Made by a program: the position numbers and the translations under genes. The notes beneath the pieces were generated by a model. It saw nothing but the letters and a program-made list of their open reading frames with translations, was not told the origin of the DNA and ran no database searches. From Accumulibacter sp. (lineage in GTDB: Bacteria > Pseudomonadota > Gammaproteobacteria > Burkholderiales > Rhodocyclaceae), in assembly GCF_023806565.1 (NCBI RefSeq), contig NZ_JAMTDV010000114.1, forward strand, positions 6,057 through 70,056: a stretch of DNA of 64,000 bases, written 5' to 3'. This document shows, in pieces, positions 10,485-18,784 of this stretch (the first letter of the stretch is position 1; every line of letters begins with the position of its first letter).

Positions 10485-11903
10485 CTAGTTTTCCAACACC
10501 CAGGTATCCTTGGTTCCGCCGCCCTGTGACGAGTTCACCACCAGTGAGCCCTCGCGCAGCGCGACGCGCGTCAATCCGCCCGGTACCATGCCGATACCCC
10601 GCTTGCCGGAGAGCACGAAAGGGCGCAGGTCGAGATGGCGCGGAGCGATTCCCGACTCGACGAAAGTCGGGCAGTTGGACAGCGCCAGCGTCGGCTGTGC
10701 GATGTACTTCTCCGGCGAGGCGACGATCCGCGTCCGAAACTGCTCGATCTCGGCCCTGGTCGATGCCGGTCCCACCAGCATCCCGTAACCGCCGGCTCCA
10801 TGCACCTCCTTGACGACGAGTTCCGGCAGGTGCGCCAGTACGTAGCTAAGGTCCTCGGGTTTGCGCAACATCCAGGTCGGGACATTGTTGAGCTTCGGCT
10901 CTTCACCAAGGTAAAAGCGGATCATTTCCGGGACGTAGGGATAAATCGACTTGTCGTCGGCGACGCCGGTGCCAATGGCGTTGGCGAGCGTAACGTGGCC
11001 GGCGCGATAGGCGGCAAGCAGTCCCGGGACGCCGAGCATCGAGTCCTTGTTGAAAACGAGGGGGTCGAGAAAGTCGTCATCGAGCCGGCGGTAGATCACA
11101 TCGACCCGTTGTGGCCCCTGCGTGGTACGCATGAACACCGTTTCGTCGCGGACGAACAGATCCCGGCCCTCTACCAATTCGACGCCCATCTGCTGTGCCA
11201 GAAAAGTGTGCTCGAAGTACGCGCTGTTGTAGGCGCCCGGCGTCAGCAGCACGACTGTCGGATCGCTCACCCCCTTCGGTGCGACGCTGCGCAGGTTCTC
11301 GAACAGCATGTCGGGGTAGTGCTGGACCGGCGCGATCATTTGCCGCGAAAAGAGTTCGGGAAAGAGCCGCATCATCATCTTGCGGTCCTCGATCATGTAC
11401 GAGACGCCGGACGGGACGCGCAGATTGTCTTCCAGAACGTACGATTCGCCGGCCCCGGCGCGGACGATATCGACGCCGGCGATATGCGCGTAAATCCCGG
11501 AAGGCACGTCGACGCCGATCATCTCGGGCCGAAACTGCGCGTTGTGCAACACCTGCTCCGGTGGCAGGCGACCGCTCCTGAGGATCTCCTGCTCATGGTA
11601 GATGTCGTGCAGGAAGGCGTTGAGCGCTTTCACCCGCTGCCATAGTCCGGCCTGCAGCGCCTGCCACTCGGCCGCGGGAATGATGCGTGGAATGATGTCG
11701 AACGGGATCAGTCGTTCGGTGCCCGACTCCTCGCCATAGACGGCGAAGGTGATGCCGACGCGGTGAAATGCCGTATCCGCCTCGGTCCGCTTGCGTTCCA
11801 GGCGGTCGGCCGGCATCGCTGCCAGCCACTCGGCAAAAGTGCGGTAATGCGGCCGCAGCACACCGGCCGAATCGTACATCTCGTTATAGAAATGTGTACT
11901 CAT
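10485..11903 (-). CDS. Circularly permuted type-2 ATP-grasp protein (amidoligase-like)
   Basis: ORF 10485..11987. I moved the start to ATG 11903 ([20 protein letters not shown]...), which is preceded by GGTGAGGA. It is homologous over its length to the N-terminal half of ORF 18785..21346. Confidence 0.88.
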   Translation of the reverse strand: MSTHFYNEMYDSAGVLRPHYRTFAEWLAAMPADRLERKRTEADTAFHRVGITFAVYGEESGTERLIPFDIIPRIIPAAEWQALQAGLWQRVKALNAFLHDIYHEQEILRSGRLPPEQVLHNAQFRPEMIGVDVPSGIYAHIAGVDIVRAGAGESYVLEDNLRVPSGVSYMIEDRKMMMRLFPELFSRQMIAPVQHYPDMLFENLRSVAPKGVSDPTVVLLTPGAYNSAYFEHTFLAQQMGVELVEGRDLFVRDETVFMRTTQGPQRVDVIYRRLDDDFLDPLVFNKDSMLGVPGLLAAYRAGHVTLANAIGTGVADDKSIYPYVPEMIRFYLGEEPKLNNVPTWMLRKPEDLSYVLAHLPELVVKEVHGAGGYGMLVGPASTRAEIEQFRTRIVASPEKYIAQPTLALSNCPTFVESGIAPRHLDLRPFVLSGKRGIGMVPGGLTRVALREGSLVVNSSQGGGTKDTWVLEN

Positions 11904-11937
11904 GGTCCTCACCATCAGTCTAGGTTTCAAAACGGCA

Positions 11938-11953
11938 AGCAGAAAGCGTGCCA
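11938..11953 (-). promoter_or_regulatory. Sigma54 (-24/-12) promoter for the ATP-grasp/alpha-E/Anbu operon
   Basis: The minus strand reads TGGCACG-CTTT-CTGCT, against the consensus TGGCACG-N4-TTGCW. The predicted transcription start is near 11927, about 24 nt upstream of ATG 11903. Confidence 0.55.
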
Positions 11954-12035
11954 CGCCATCGACTGGATCAAGGCCGAGCAAGCACAAGTCGGGTGATCAC
12001 TTTGCTGCCGGAAATGGTGCGATCTGCTGCCAGAA

Positions 12036-12052
12036 TGCACGCCATTGGTGCA
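12036..12052. promoter_or_regulatory. NtrC-type enhancer (UAS) palindrome
   Basis: TGCACGCCATTGGTGCA, against the consensus TGCACC-N5-GGTGCA (11 of 12 half-site positions). It is centred about 117 bp upstream of the predicted sigma54 start. A degenerate second site, TGCTGCCGGAAATGGTGCG, lies at 12003-12021, about 31 bp away. Confidence 0.45.
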
Positions 12053-12230
12053 TTTGCCTCGCGTTGCGAACGGTTCCGAAGAAGCAGAATACCTGTCGAG
12101 AGTCGGCACGAAGCTTGCTTGGAAACCAGGGGCAGCCGCAAGCGAAGACCGCTCTTCGTTGCGGTCGCGCTCGCTCGCCGGGATGGCTTTCCCAGCCAGG
12201 CACGTGCGGGTATCGTTGAAGAGGCGAAAC

Positions 12231-12569
12231 ATGAAGACACCGAAGATTCTTCCCTGGCTGGCACGTCGGACCGGAGTGAGCGATGAACGTGCCGAAGACC
12301 TGTGGCGCGCTGCCTGTCAGCAGGCGACAGCACTTACCGGCGAGCGGGACGGCCCGTGCTATTGGGGTGCAGCAGTGCAGACCCTGCTGGATCTGCTCGA
12401 AGCCGAGCGCTGGAAAGCCGGCACGGTGTTTGTGTGGCCCTGGCTCTTGCTGCCATACGGCATCGAGCAGTGGTCCTTGCTTGCCAGGCGCTGGCTGGCG
12501 CCCAGCGCATTGTTGCGTGGGCGGCCGGCCGCGGATTGCTGCCCGATGCAGGTCGGCGGGGCGCGATGA
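12231..12569 (+). CDS. Hypothetical Trp-rich 112-aa protein, translationally coupled to glnD
   Basis: ATG 12231 is preceded by GAGG at a 6-nt spacing. Third codon positions are mostly G/C. Its stop overlaps the glnD start (gcgATGAgg, 12566-12569). I recognise no family. Confidence 0.45.
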   Translation: MKTPKILPWLARRTGVSDERAEDLWRAACQQATALTGERDGPCYWGAAVQTLLDLLEAERWKAGTVFVWPWLLLPYGIEQWSLLARRWLAPSALLRGRPAADCCPMQVGGAR

Positions 12570-15154
12570 GGCCGACGCCTCACGGCGCTGCGCGTACCAA
12601 GAGTTGGCTGCAGGACGGGCAGAGGAAGATTCGTGAGGATTTCCTCGCCGACGGTGACGCAAAGCGCCTGCTGCGCAATCGCTGTTCCCTGATCGACGAG
12701 ATTCTCTGCGCCCTCTGGAGCGAGCTGGGATTGCCGGATTCGCTCGCGCTGATCGCTGTTGGCGGCTATGGCCGCGGCGAACTGTACCCCTCCTCGGACG
12801 TCGATCTGCTGATCCTGCTGCCGGAACAACCCGGCCACGCGTTGGCCGCGCAGCTCGAAGGGCTGGTGTGTGCATTCTGGGACATCGGACTCGAAACCGG
12901 TCATAGCGTGCGTACCATCGAGCAATGTCTGGAGGAGGCCGCTGGCGACATCACGGTGCAGACGGCAATGATCGAGGCGCGCCGGCTGGCTGGCAACGTC
13001 GAACTGTTCGAGGGTTTCTCGCGCATCTTCCAGCAGAGTGTCGATGCTCGCGCCTTCTTCCAGACGAAGAAGATGGAGCAGGAAGATCGCCATCAGCGCT
13101 TCAGCGACACGCCTTACAGTCTGGAAGCGAACTGCAAGGAAGGTCCGGGTGGGCTGCGCGACCTGCAGCTCATCCTGTGGATTGCGCAGGCAGCGGGCTA
13201 TGGCAGGTGCTGGAACGACCTCGAACGACACGGCTTCATCACCGTGGAAGAGGCGGCGCTTCTCGACCACAGCGAAGCCTTCCTGCGCCGCTTGCGCACG
13301 CAACTGCACCTGCACGTCGGTCGCCGGGAAGATCGCCTGCTGTTCGATTACCAGACGGCGTTGGCGGATAAGCTGGGATTTTCCGCCAGCGCCGAACGCC
13401 GCTCCAGTGAGCAAATGATGCAGCACTACTATCGGGTGGCGAAAACCATCACGCAGATCACCGGAATCCTTCTGCAGAACATCGGCGAGGCGTTGTTCCC
13501 GCCTCCGGACGAGCTTCCGCAAGCGATCAACGATCGTTTCCAGAATGCGCACGAGTTCCTCGACGTGGTAGACGAAAACGTGTTTCAGCGGACACCGTCC
13601 GCGCTGCTCGAGGCCTTTCTGCTCCTCCAGCAACATCCGGAGTTGAAAGGCATGAGTGCCCGCACGCAGCGCGCCCTGTGGCGCGCACGCAATCTGATCG
13701 ACGACGACTTCCGCCACGATCCGGGCAATCGCGCACGTTTTCTGGCAATTCTCAAACAGGGGAACCGCCTGGTCCAGGAATTCCGGCGGATGAACCAGCT
13801 TGGCGTTCTCGGTCGCTATCTGCCCAATTTCGGGCGCATCGTCGGCCAGATGCAGCATGACCTCTTTCACGTCTATACCGTCGACCAGCACATCCTGCAG
13901 GTGATCCGCCGCCTGCGTCGCTTCACGATGGAGGAGTTCGCTCACGAATATCCTTTCTGCAGCAGGCTGATCAGCGACCTCGGCAATCCCTGGATTCTCT
14001 ATATCGCCGCCCTGTTTCACGACATTGCCAAAGGCCGTGGCGGCGATCACTCGGAACTCGGGGCGGGCGACGCGCGCAGCTTTTGCGAGGTGCACGGTCT
14101 CGCCGATGAAGACACCGAACTGATCGTCTGGCTCGTTCGCCAGCACCTCCTGATGTCCCGGATCGCGCAGAAGGAGGATATCTCCGATCCTGGCGTTGTC
14201 GCCCGATTTGCCAAGGTCGTTGGCAACGAGCGCCGTCTGATCGCGCTTTATCTGTTGACCGTCGCCGACATTCGCGGGACCAGTCCGAAAGTTTGGAATG
14301 CATGGAAGGGGCAACTGCTCGAACAACTGTTCACGGCGACCCGACGCTTCCTGCTGTCTGGCGAAGATACGTTGATGACCCACGGTGTCATCGCCCAGCG
14401 TCAGCAAGAGGCGCTTCGGTTGATGCGCTACCTGGCTCTTCCGGAGAAGGCGCACGAAGAACTATGGCAGCAACTCGACACGGTGTACTTTCTACGTCAG
14501 TCGGCAGAGGAAATCGCCTGGCACGCCCGCGCCGTGCACGACTGCGTCGAGAGCGAGCGGCCCGTGGTCCGGGCGCGCCTCAATCCGCTCGGTGCGGGAC
14601 TCGAAGTGATGGTTTACACGCGCGATCAGGAAGACCTGTTCGTGCGCATGGTCGGCTTTTTCAGCCGTGCCGGCTACAGCATCGTCGACGCCAAGATCCA
14701 TACCACACGGCATGGCTATGCACTGGACACGTTCATGCTGCTCGACGTTTCCGGTCGCGACAGCGACCGAGCCATGATCAGCTATATCGAACACGAGCTT
14801 GCCGAACGGCTGCTCCACCCGGCACCGCCGGAAGTCCCGGCCAACGGACGAATCTCGCGTCAGGTCAGGCATTTCCCGATACAACCGCTGGTCAGCATTC
14901 AGCCCCTGGTCAGTCTGGAAGCCGACGAAACCGGCACATTGTTCGTATTGACCGTGGTCGCCGCCGACCGTCCCGGTCTGCTGTTCCTTGTTGCCAACGA
15001 ACTGGCCCGGCATGATGCCAATCTGCACACCGCCAAGATCGCCACCCTGGGCGAACGGGTCGAGGATACCTTTCTGATCAGTGGTGACCACCTGGACGAG
15101 AGCGCCGGGCGAGTCAAACTGGAAACCGATCTGCTGAAACAGCTGCAAGCCTGA
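12566..15154 (+). CDS. glnD: [Protein-PII] uridylyltransferase / uridylyl-removing enzyme GlnD
   Basis: ORF 12302..15154. I moved the start to ATG 12566 ([26 protein letters not shown]...), giving about 862 aa. It has the nucleotidyltransferase motif [17 protein letters not shown], the HD-domain segment [16 protein letters not shown], and two C-terminal ACT-like regions. Confidence 0.92.
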   Translation: MRPTPHGAARTKSWLQDGQRKIREDFLADGDAKRLLRNRCSLIDEILCALWSELGLPDSLALIAVGGYGRGELYPSSDVDLLILLPEQPGHALAAQLEGLVCAFWDIGLETGHSVRTIEQCLEEAAGDITVQTAMIEARRLAGNVELFEGFSRIFQQSVDARAFFQTKKMEQEDRHQRFSDTPYSLEANCKEGPGGLRDLQLILWIAQAAGYGRCWNDLERHGFITVEEAALLDHSEAFLRRLRTQLHLHVGRREDRLLFDYQTALADKLGFSASAERRSSEQMMQHYYRVAKTITQITGILLQNIGEALFPPPDELPQAINDRFQNAHEFLDVVDENVFQRTPSALLEAFLLLQQHPELKGMSARTQRALWRARNLIDDDFRHDPGNRARFLAILKQGNRLVQEFRRMNQLGVLGRYLPNFGRIVGQMQHDLFHVYTVDQHILQVIRRLRRFTMEEFAHEYPFCSRLISDLGNPWILYIAALFHDIAKGRGGDHSELGAGDARSFCEVHGLADEDTELIVWLVRQHLLMSRIAQKEDISDPGVVARFAKVVGNERRLIALYLLTVADIRGTSPKVWNAWKGQLLEQLFTATRRFLLSGEDTLMTHGVIAQRQQEALRLMRYLALPEKAHEELWQQLDTVYFLRQSAEEIAWHARAVHDCVESERPVVRARLNPLGAGLEVMVYTRDQEDLFVRMVGFFSRAGYSIVDAKIHTTRHGYALDTFMLLDVSGRDSDRAMISYIEHELAERLLHPAPPEVPANGRISRQVRHFPIQPLVSIQPLVSLEADETGTLFVLTVVAADRPGLLFLVANELARHDANLHTAKIATLGERVEDTFLISGDHLDESAGRVKLETDLLKQLQA

Positions 15155-15313
15155 ACGTCCGTGTACGAGTCTTCGCGAGGAGTCCAGAAATGGGATACGC
15201 AAACAAGCAGCGTTCCGGATCGGCGGCGGGTGGTCTCGTCGGGAATCGCTGATTCGCGCAATTTCCCCTATGGTCGCCATCGCGACTGGCCGGGCGGAAT
15301 GGCTTCGTCGTTA

Positions 15314-15329
15314 TGGCGCGGTTCTTGCT
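15314..15329 (+). promoter_or_regulatory. Sigma54 (-24/-12) promoter for the large transglutaminase operon
   Basis: TGGCGCG-GTTC-TTGCT, against the consensus TGGCACG-N4-TTGCW. The predicted start is near 15340. GGAG lies at 15355-15358, 6 nt before GTG 15365. Confidence 0.5.
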
Positions 15330-15364
15330 CTTCCAATTTCTGATTTTTTGCTCCGGAGCTGACT

Positions 15365-18300
15365 GTGTCCATTCATGTTGCCCTCAATCACCTTACCCGT
15401 TATCGCTACGATCGTCTGGTCAATCTTTCGCCACAGGTTGTCCGCCTGCGCCCGGCACCTCATTCGCGAACGCCGATACTCAGCTACTCGCTGAAAATCA
15501 CCCCGGCGCAGCATTTCATCAATTGGCAGCAGGATCCGCAGGCGAATTACCTGGCTCGTCTGGTGTTTCCGGAAAAGACGCGCGAGTTTTGCATCGAAGT
15601 GGATCTGGTCGCCAACGTCTCGGTAATCAATCCTTTCGATTTCTTTCCCGAGCCGTACGCGACCACCTTTCCTTTCTCGTACGAAGCATGGCAGCAGGAG
15701 GAGCTCGAACCGTATCTGCATTGCCTGCCGCTGACGGCACAGGTGCGCCAGTTTCTGGCGACGATTCCGCGCGAGCCGCGGGGGAGCGTCGACTTTCTCG
15801 TCGACCTCAACCGGCAGGTGCAAAGCGCGGTGAGTTACGTAATCCGCCTCGAACCGGGCGTGCAGACGCCCGAAGAAACGCTCACGCTGGGCCGGGGCTC
15901 GTGCCGGGATTCCGCCTGGCTGCTGGTGCAGTTGTTGCGACATCTGGGGCTCGCTGCGCGCTTCGTTTCCGGTTACCTGATTCAGCTCGTTCCCGACGTG
16001 AAATCGCTGGACGGACCTTCGGGAACCGATCACGACTTCACCGACCTGCACGCCTGGTGCGAAGTCTACCTGCCAGGCGCTGGCTGGATCGGCCTCGACC
16101 CCACCTCGGGCCTCTTCGCCGGCGAAGGTCACATACCACTGGCCTGCTCGCCGCAACCGTCGTCGGCGGCGCCAATCACCGGCTTCACCGAAAAGTGCGA
16201 ATGCGAGTTCGAGCATCACATGAAGATCGAACGCGTCTGGGAGGCGCCGCGGGTCACCAAACCTTATGACGAGGAGCAGTGGGCGGCGATCGAAGCCATT
16301 GGGCACCGGATCGACGCGGATCTGAGCAGCGGCGACGTCCGTCTGACGATGGGGGGCGAGCCGACCTTCGTCTCGATCGACGATCATGACGGGGCCGAAT
16401 GGAACGTCGACGCCCTCGGTCCGACCAAGCGGGCGCGGGCGGCGGACCTCTTTCAACGCCTGCGCGCGAAGTACGCGCCGCAGGGGCTGCAGCACTTCGG
16501 CCAGGGCAAATGGTATCCCGGCGAGCAGTTGCCGCGCTGGTCGCTGAACTGCTTCTGGCGGCGCGACGGTCAGCCGGTGTGGAAGAATCCGGGGCTGTAT
16601 GCCGACGAAACCTGCAATTACGGAGCCGACGAGGCGCTCGCCGGGCACTTTCTGCGCAGTCTCGCCGAACGGCTGGCAATCGACCCGGGGTATGTCTTTC
16701 CGGCCTTCGAAGACGTCTATTACTATCTCTGGCGCGAACACCGCCTGCCGATCAACGTCGACCCCTTGAACTCGCGACTCGATGATCCGATCGAACGCGA
16801 GCGACTGGTGAAGATCTTTCGCCAGGGGCTGGACACGGTGGCCGGCCATGTGCTGCCGCTGCGACGTCACGCGCAGGGCGGCTGGCAGAGTGGCAAGTGG
16901 TTCCTGCGAGCCGGCCGCTGCCATCTGATTCCGGGCGATTCTCCGATCGGCTATCGCCTGCCGCTCGACTCGCAGCCTTGGGTGGCCAAGACCGACTATC
17001 CGTACATCCACACGCCCGATCCGACGCAGTACTTTCCGCCGTTGCCCGACTATGCCGAAATCCGCGCCCAAAGTGCGGTCAGCCGCAGTCAGAGTGCGAG
17101 CGACGAAGCCGCAGCGGTGACCGGCGAACACTTTGCCGAACGGGCGCTCGAGCGAGTCGCCGAGTCGCTGGCGCACGCGGCCGACGGTTCGCGCGAAGGG
17201 CTGCCAGCGGATGCAGCGGCGGCGGTCATCCGCACCTCCCTGTCGGCACAGGCGCGTGACGGAGTTCTGTACCTCTTCATGCCGCCAACGGAGACACTGG
17301 ACGACTATCTGGAACTGGTCGCCGCCGTCGAGGCGACCGCCGAAGCACTGACCACGCCGGTTATCATCGAAGGCTACGAGCCGCCGTCCGACCCTCGCCT
17401 GACCAACTTCCGTGTCACGCCTGATCCCGGGGTGATCGAAGTCAATATTCAGCCGTCGGCCAGTTGGGATGAACTCGTCGAACGCACTACGCACCTCTAT
17501 GAAGCGGCGCGCCTGTCGCGCCTGTGTACCGAGAAATTCATGCTCGACGGTCGACATACCGGTACCGGCGGCGGCAACCATTTCGTGTTTGGTGGCGCCA
17601 CCGTTCTCGACTCACCTTTCCTTCGCCGTCCCGACCTGCTGCGCAGCCTGATCAGTTACTGGCACAACCACCCGTCGCTTTCGTACCTCTTTTCCGGCCT
17701 GTTCATCGGTCCGACGAGCCAGTCGCCACGGGTAGACGAGGCGCGCAACGACTCGGTATACGAGCTCGAGATCGCCTTCGGCCAGTTTCCGCCGGTCGGC
17801 GACGCTGAAGAGTACGTCGCACCATGGATCATCGACCGTGTGCTGCGCAACCTGTTGATCGACTCCACCGGCAACACGCACCGCGCCGAGTTCTGCATCG
17901 ACAAGCTCTATTCGCCCGAGGGCCCGAGCGGGCGCCTCGGGCTGCTCGAAATGCGCGCCTTCGAAATGCCGCCGCACGCGCGCATGTCGCTGGCACAGCA
18001 GCTTCTGCTGCGCGCGCTGATCGCGCGCTTCTGGCGGACCCCTTACGCGCCCGAGCGACTGGTCCGCTGGGGCACAGAGCTGCACGACCGCTTCATGCTG
18101 CCGTATTTCGTGCAGCAGGATTTCGACGACGTCATCAGCGAATTGCGCGCTGCCGGTTATCCCCTCGAAAGCGCGTGGTTCGCGCCGCATTTCGAATTCC
18201 GCTTTCCCCTGCACGGCCGCATCGCAGTGAAAGGTATCGAGCTGGAACTGCGGCATGCGCTCGAACCCTGGCATGTGATGGGCGAGCAGGCAACGGCGGG

Positions 18301-18742
18301 AGCGACCGTGCGCTACGTCGACTCCTCGCTCGAACGCGTACAGATCAGGGTCACGGGCATGGCCAGCGATCGCTACGTGGTGGGTTGCAATGGTTGTGCG
18401 CTGCCGATGCGCTCGACCGGCAAGGTTGGCGAGTTTGTCGCCGGCGTGCGCTACCGCGCCTGGCATCCGCCGTCGGCGCTGCATCCGACGATCGGCGTCC
18501 ATGTGCCGCTGGTCTTCGACCTGGTCGATAGCTGGATGAAACGCTCTCTCGGCGGTTGCCAGTATCACGTCGAGCATCCCGGTGGGCGCAACCCCGATCG
18601 CTATCCGGTCAATGCCAACGAGGCGGAAGGTCGTCGGCTGGCACGCTTCACACCGTTCGGTCACACCCCCGGCGCGATCGACTTGCAGCCACCGCCGGCG
18701 AATGCCGGCTTCCCGTTTACGTTAGACTTGCGGCGACCCTGA
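15365..18742 (+). CDS. Large transglutaminase-family protein (N-terminal bacterial transglutaminase region, Cys-His-Asp core, long DUF2126-like C-terminal region)
   Basis: 1125 aa with a GTG start. The N-terminus MSIHVALNHLTRYRYDR is typical. Catalytic motifs: GSCRDSAWLL, DLHAWCEVY, GLDPTSG. Confidence 0.9.
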   Translation: MSIHVALNHLTRYRYDRLVNLSPQVVRLRPAPHSRTPILSYSLKITPAQHFINWQQDPQANYLARLVFPEKTREFCIEVDLVANVSVINPFDFFPEPYATTFPFSYEAWQQEELEPYLHCLPLTAQVRQFLATIPREPRGSVDFLVDLNRQVQSAVSYVIRLEPGVQTPEETLTLGRGSCRDSAWLLVQLLRHLGLAARFVSGYLIQLVPDVKSLDGPSGTDHDFTDLHAWCEVYLPGAGWIGLDPTSGLFAGEGHIPLACSPQPSSAAPITGFTEKCECEFEHHMKIERVWEAPRVTKPYDEEQWAAIEAIGHRIDADLSSGDVRLTMGGEPTFVSIDDHDGAEWNVDALGPTKRARAADLFQRLRAKYAPQGLQHFGQGKWYPGEQLPRWSLNCFWRRDGQPVWKNPGLYADETCNYGADEALAGHFLRSLAERLAIDPGYVFPAFEDVYYYLWREHRLPINVDPLNSRLDDPIERERLVKIFRQGLDTVAGHVLPLRRHAQGGWQSGKWFLRAGRCHLIPGDSPIGYRLPLDSQPWVAKTDYPYIHTPDPTQYFPPLPDYAEIRAQSAVSRSQSASDEAAAVTGEHFAERALERVAESLAHAADGSREGLPADAAAAVIRTSLSAQARDGVLYLFMPPTETLDDYLELVAAVEATAEALTTPVIIEGYEPPSDPRLTNFRVTPDPGVIEVNIQPSASWDELVERTTHLYEAARLSRLCTEKFMLDGRHTGTGGGNHFVFGGATVLDSPFLRRPDLLRSLISYWHNHPSLSYLFSGLFIGPTSQSPRVDEARNDSVYELEIAFGQFPPVGDAEEYVAPWIIDRVLRNLLIDSTGNTHRAEFCIDKLYSPEGPSGRLGLLEMRAFEMPPHARMSLAQQLLLRALIARFWRTPYAPERLVRWGTELHDRFMLPYFVQQDFDDVISELRAAGYPLESAWFAPHFEFRFPLHGRIAVKGIELELRHALEPWHVMGEQATAGATVRYVDSSLERVQIRVTGMASDRYVVGCNGCALPMRSTGKVGEFVAGVRYRAWHPPSALHPTIGVHVPLVFDLVDSWMKRSLGGCQYHVEHPGGRNPDRYPVNANEAEGRRLARFTPFGHTPGAIDLQPPPANAGFPFTLDLRRP

Positions 18743-18750
18743 AACCACTC

Positions 18751-18774
18751 GGCGCGGGAGCATGTTCCCGCGCC
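18751..18774 (+). other. Intra-operon GC-rich hairpin between the large transglutaminase gene and the ATP-grasp fusion gene
   Basis: GGCGCGGGA-GCATGT-TCCCGCGCC: a 9-bp stem with no U-tract. It sits in the 42-nt gap before ATG 18785. Confidence 0.35.
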
Positions 18775-18784
18775 CGCTTGCTTC

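Noticed and set aside
12003-12230. Sigma54 or NtrC-driven promoter on the plus strand for the small ORF and glnD.
   Set aside because: No GG-N10-GC element with correct spacing occurs on the plus strand between the NtrC-like site and ATG 12231. The only sigma70-like candidate, TTGCGA-17-GAATAC, has a poor -10. The glnD promoter therefore remains unassigned.
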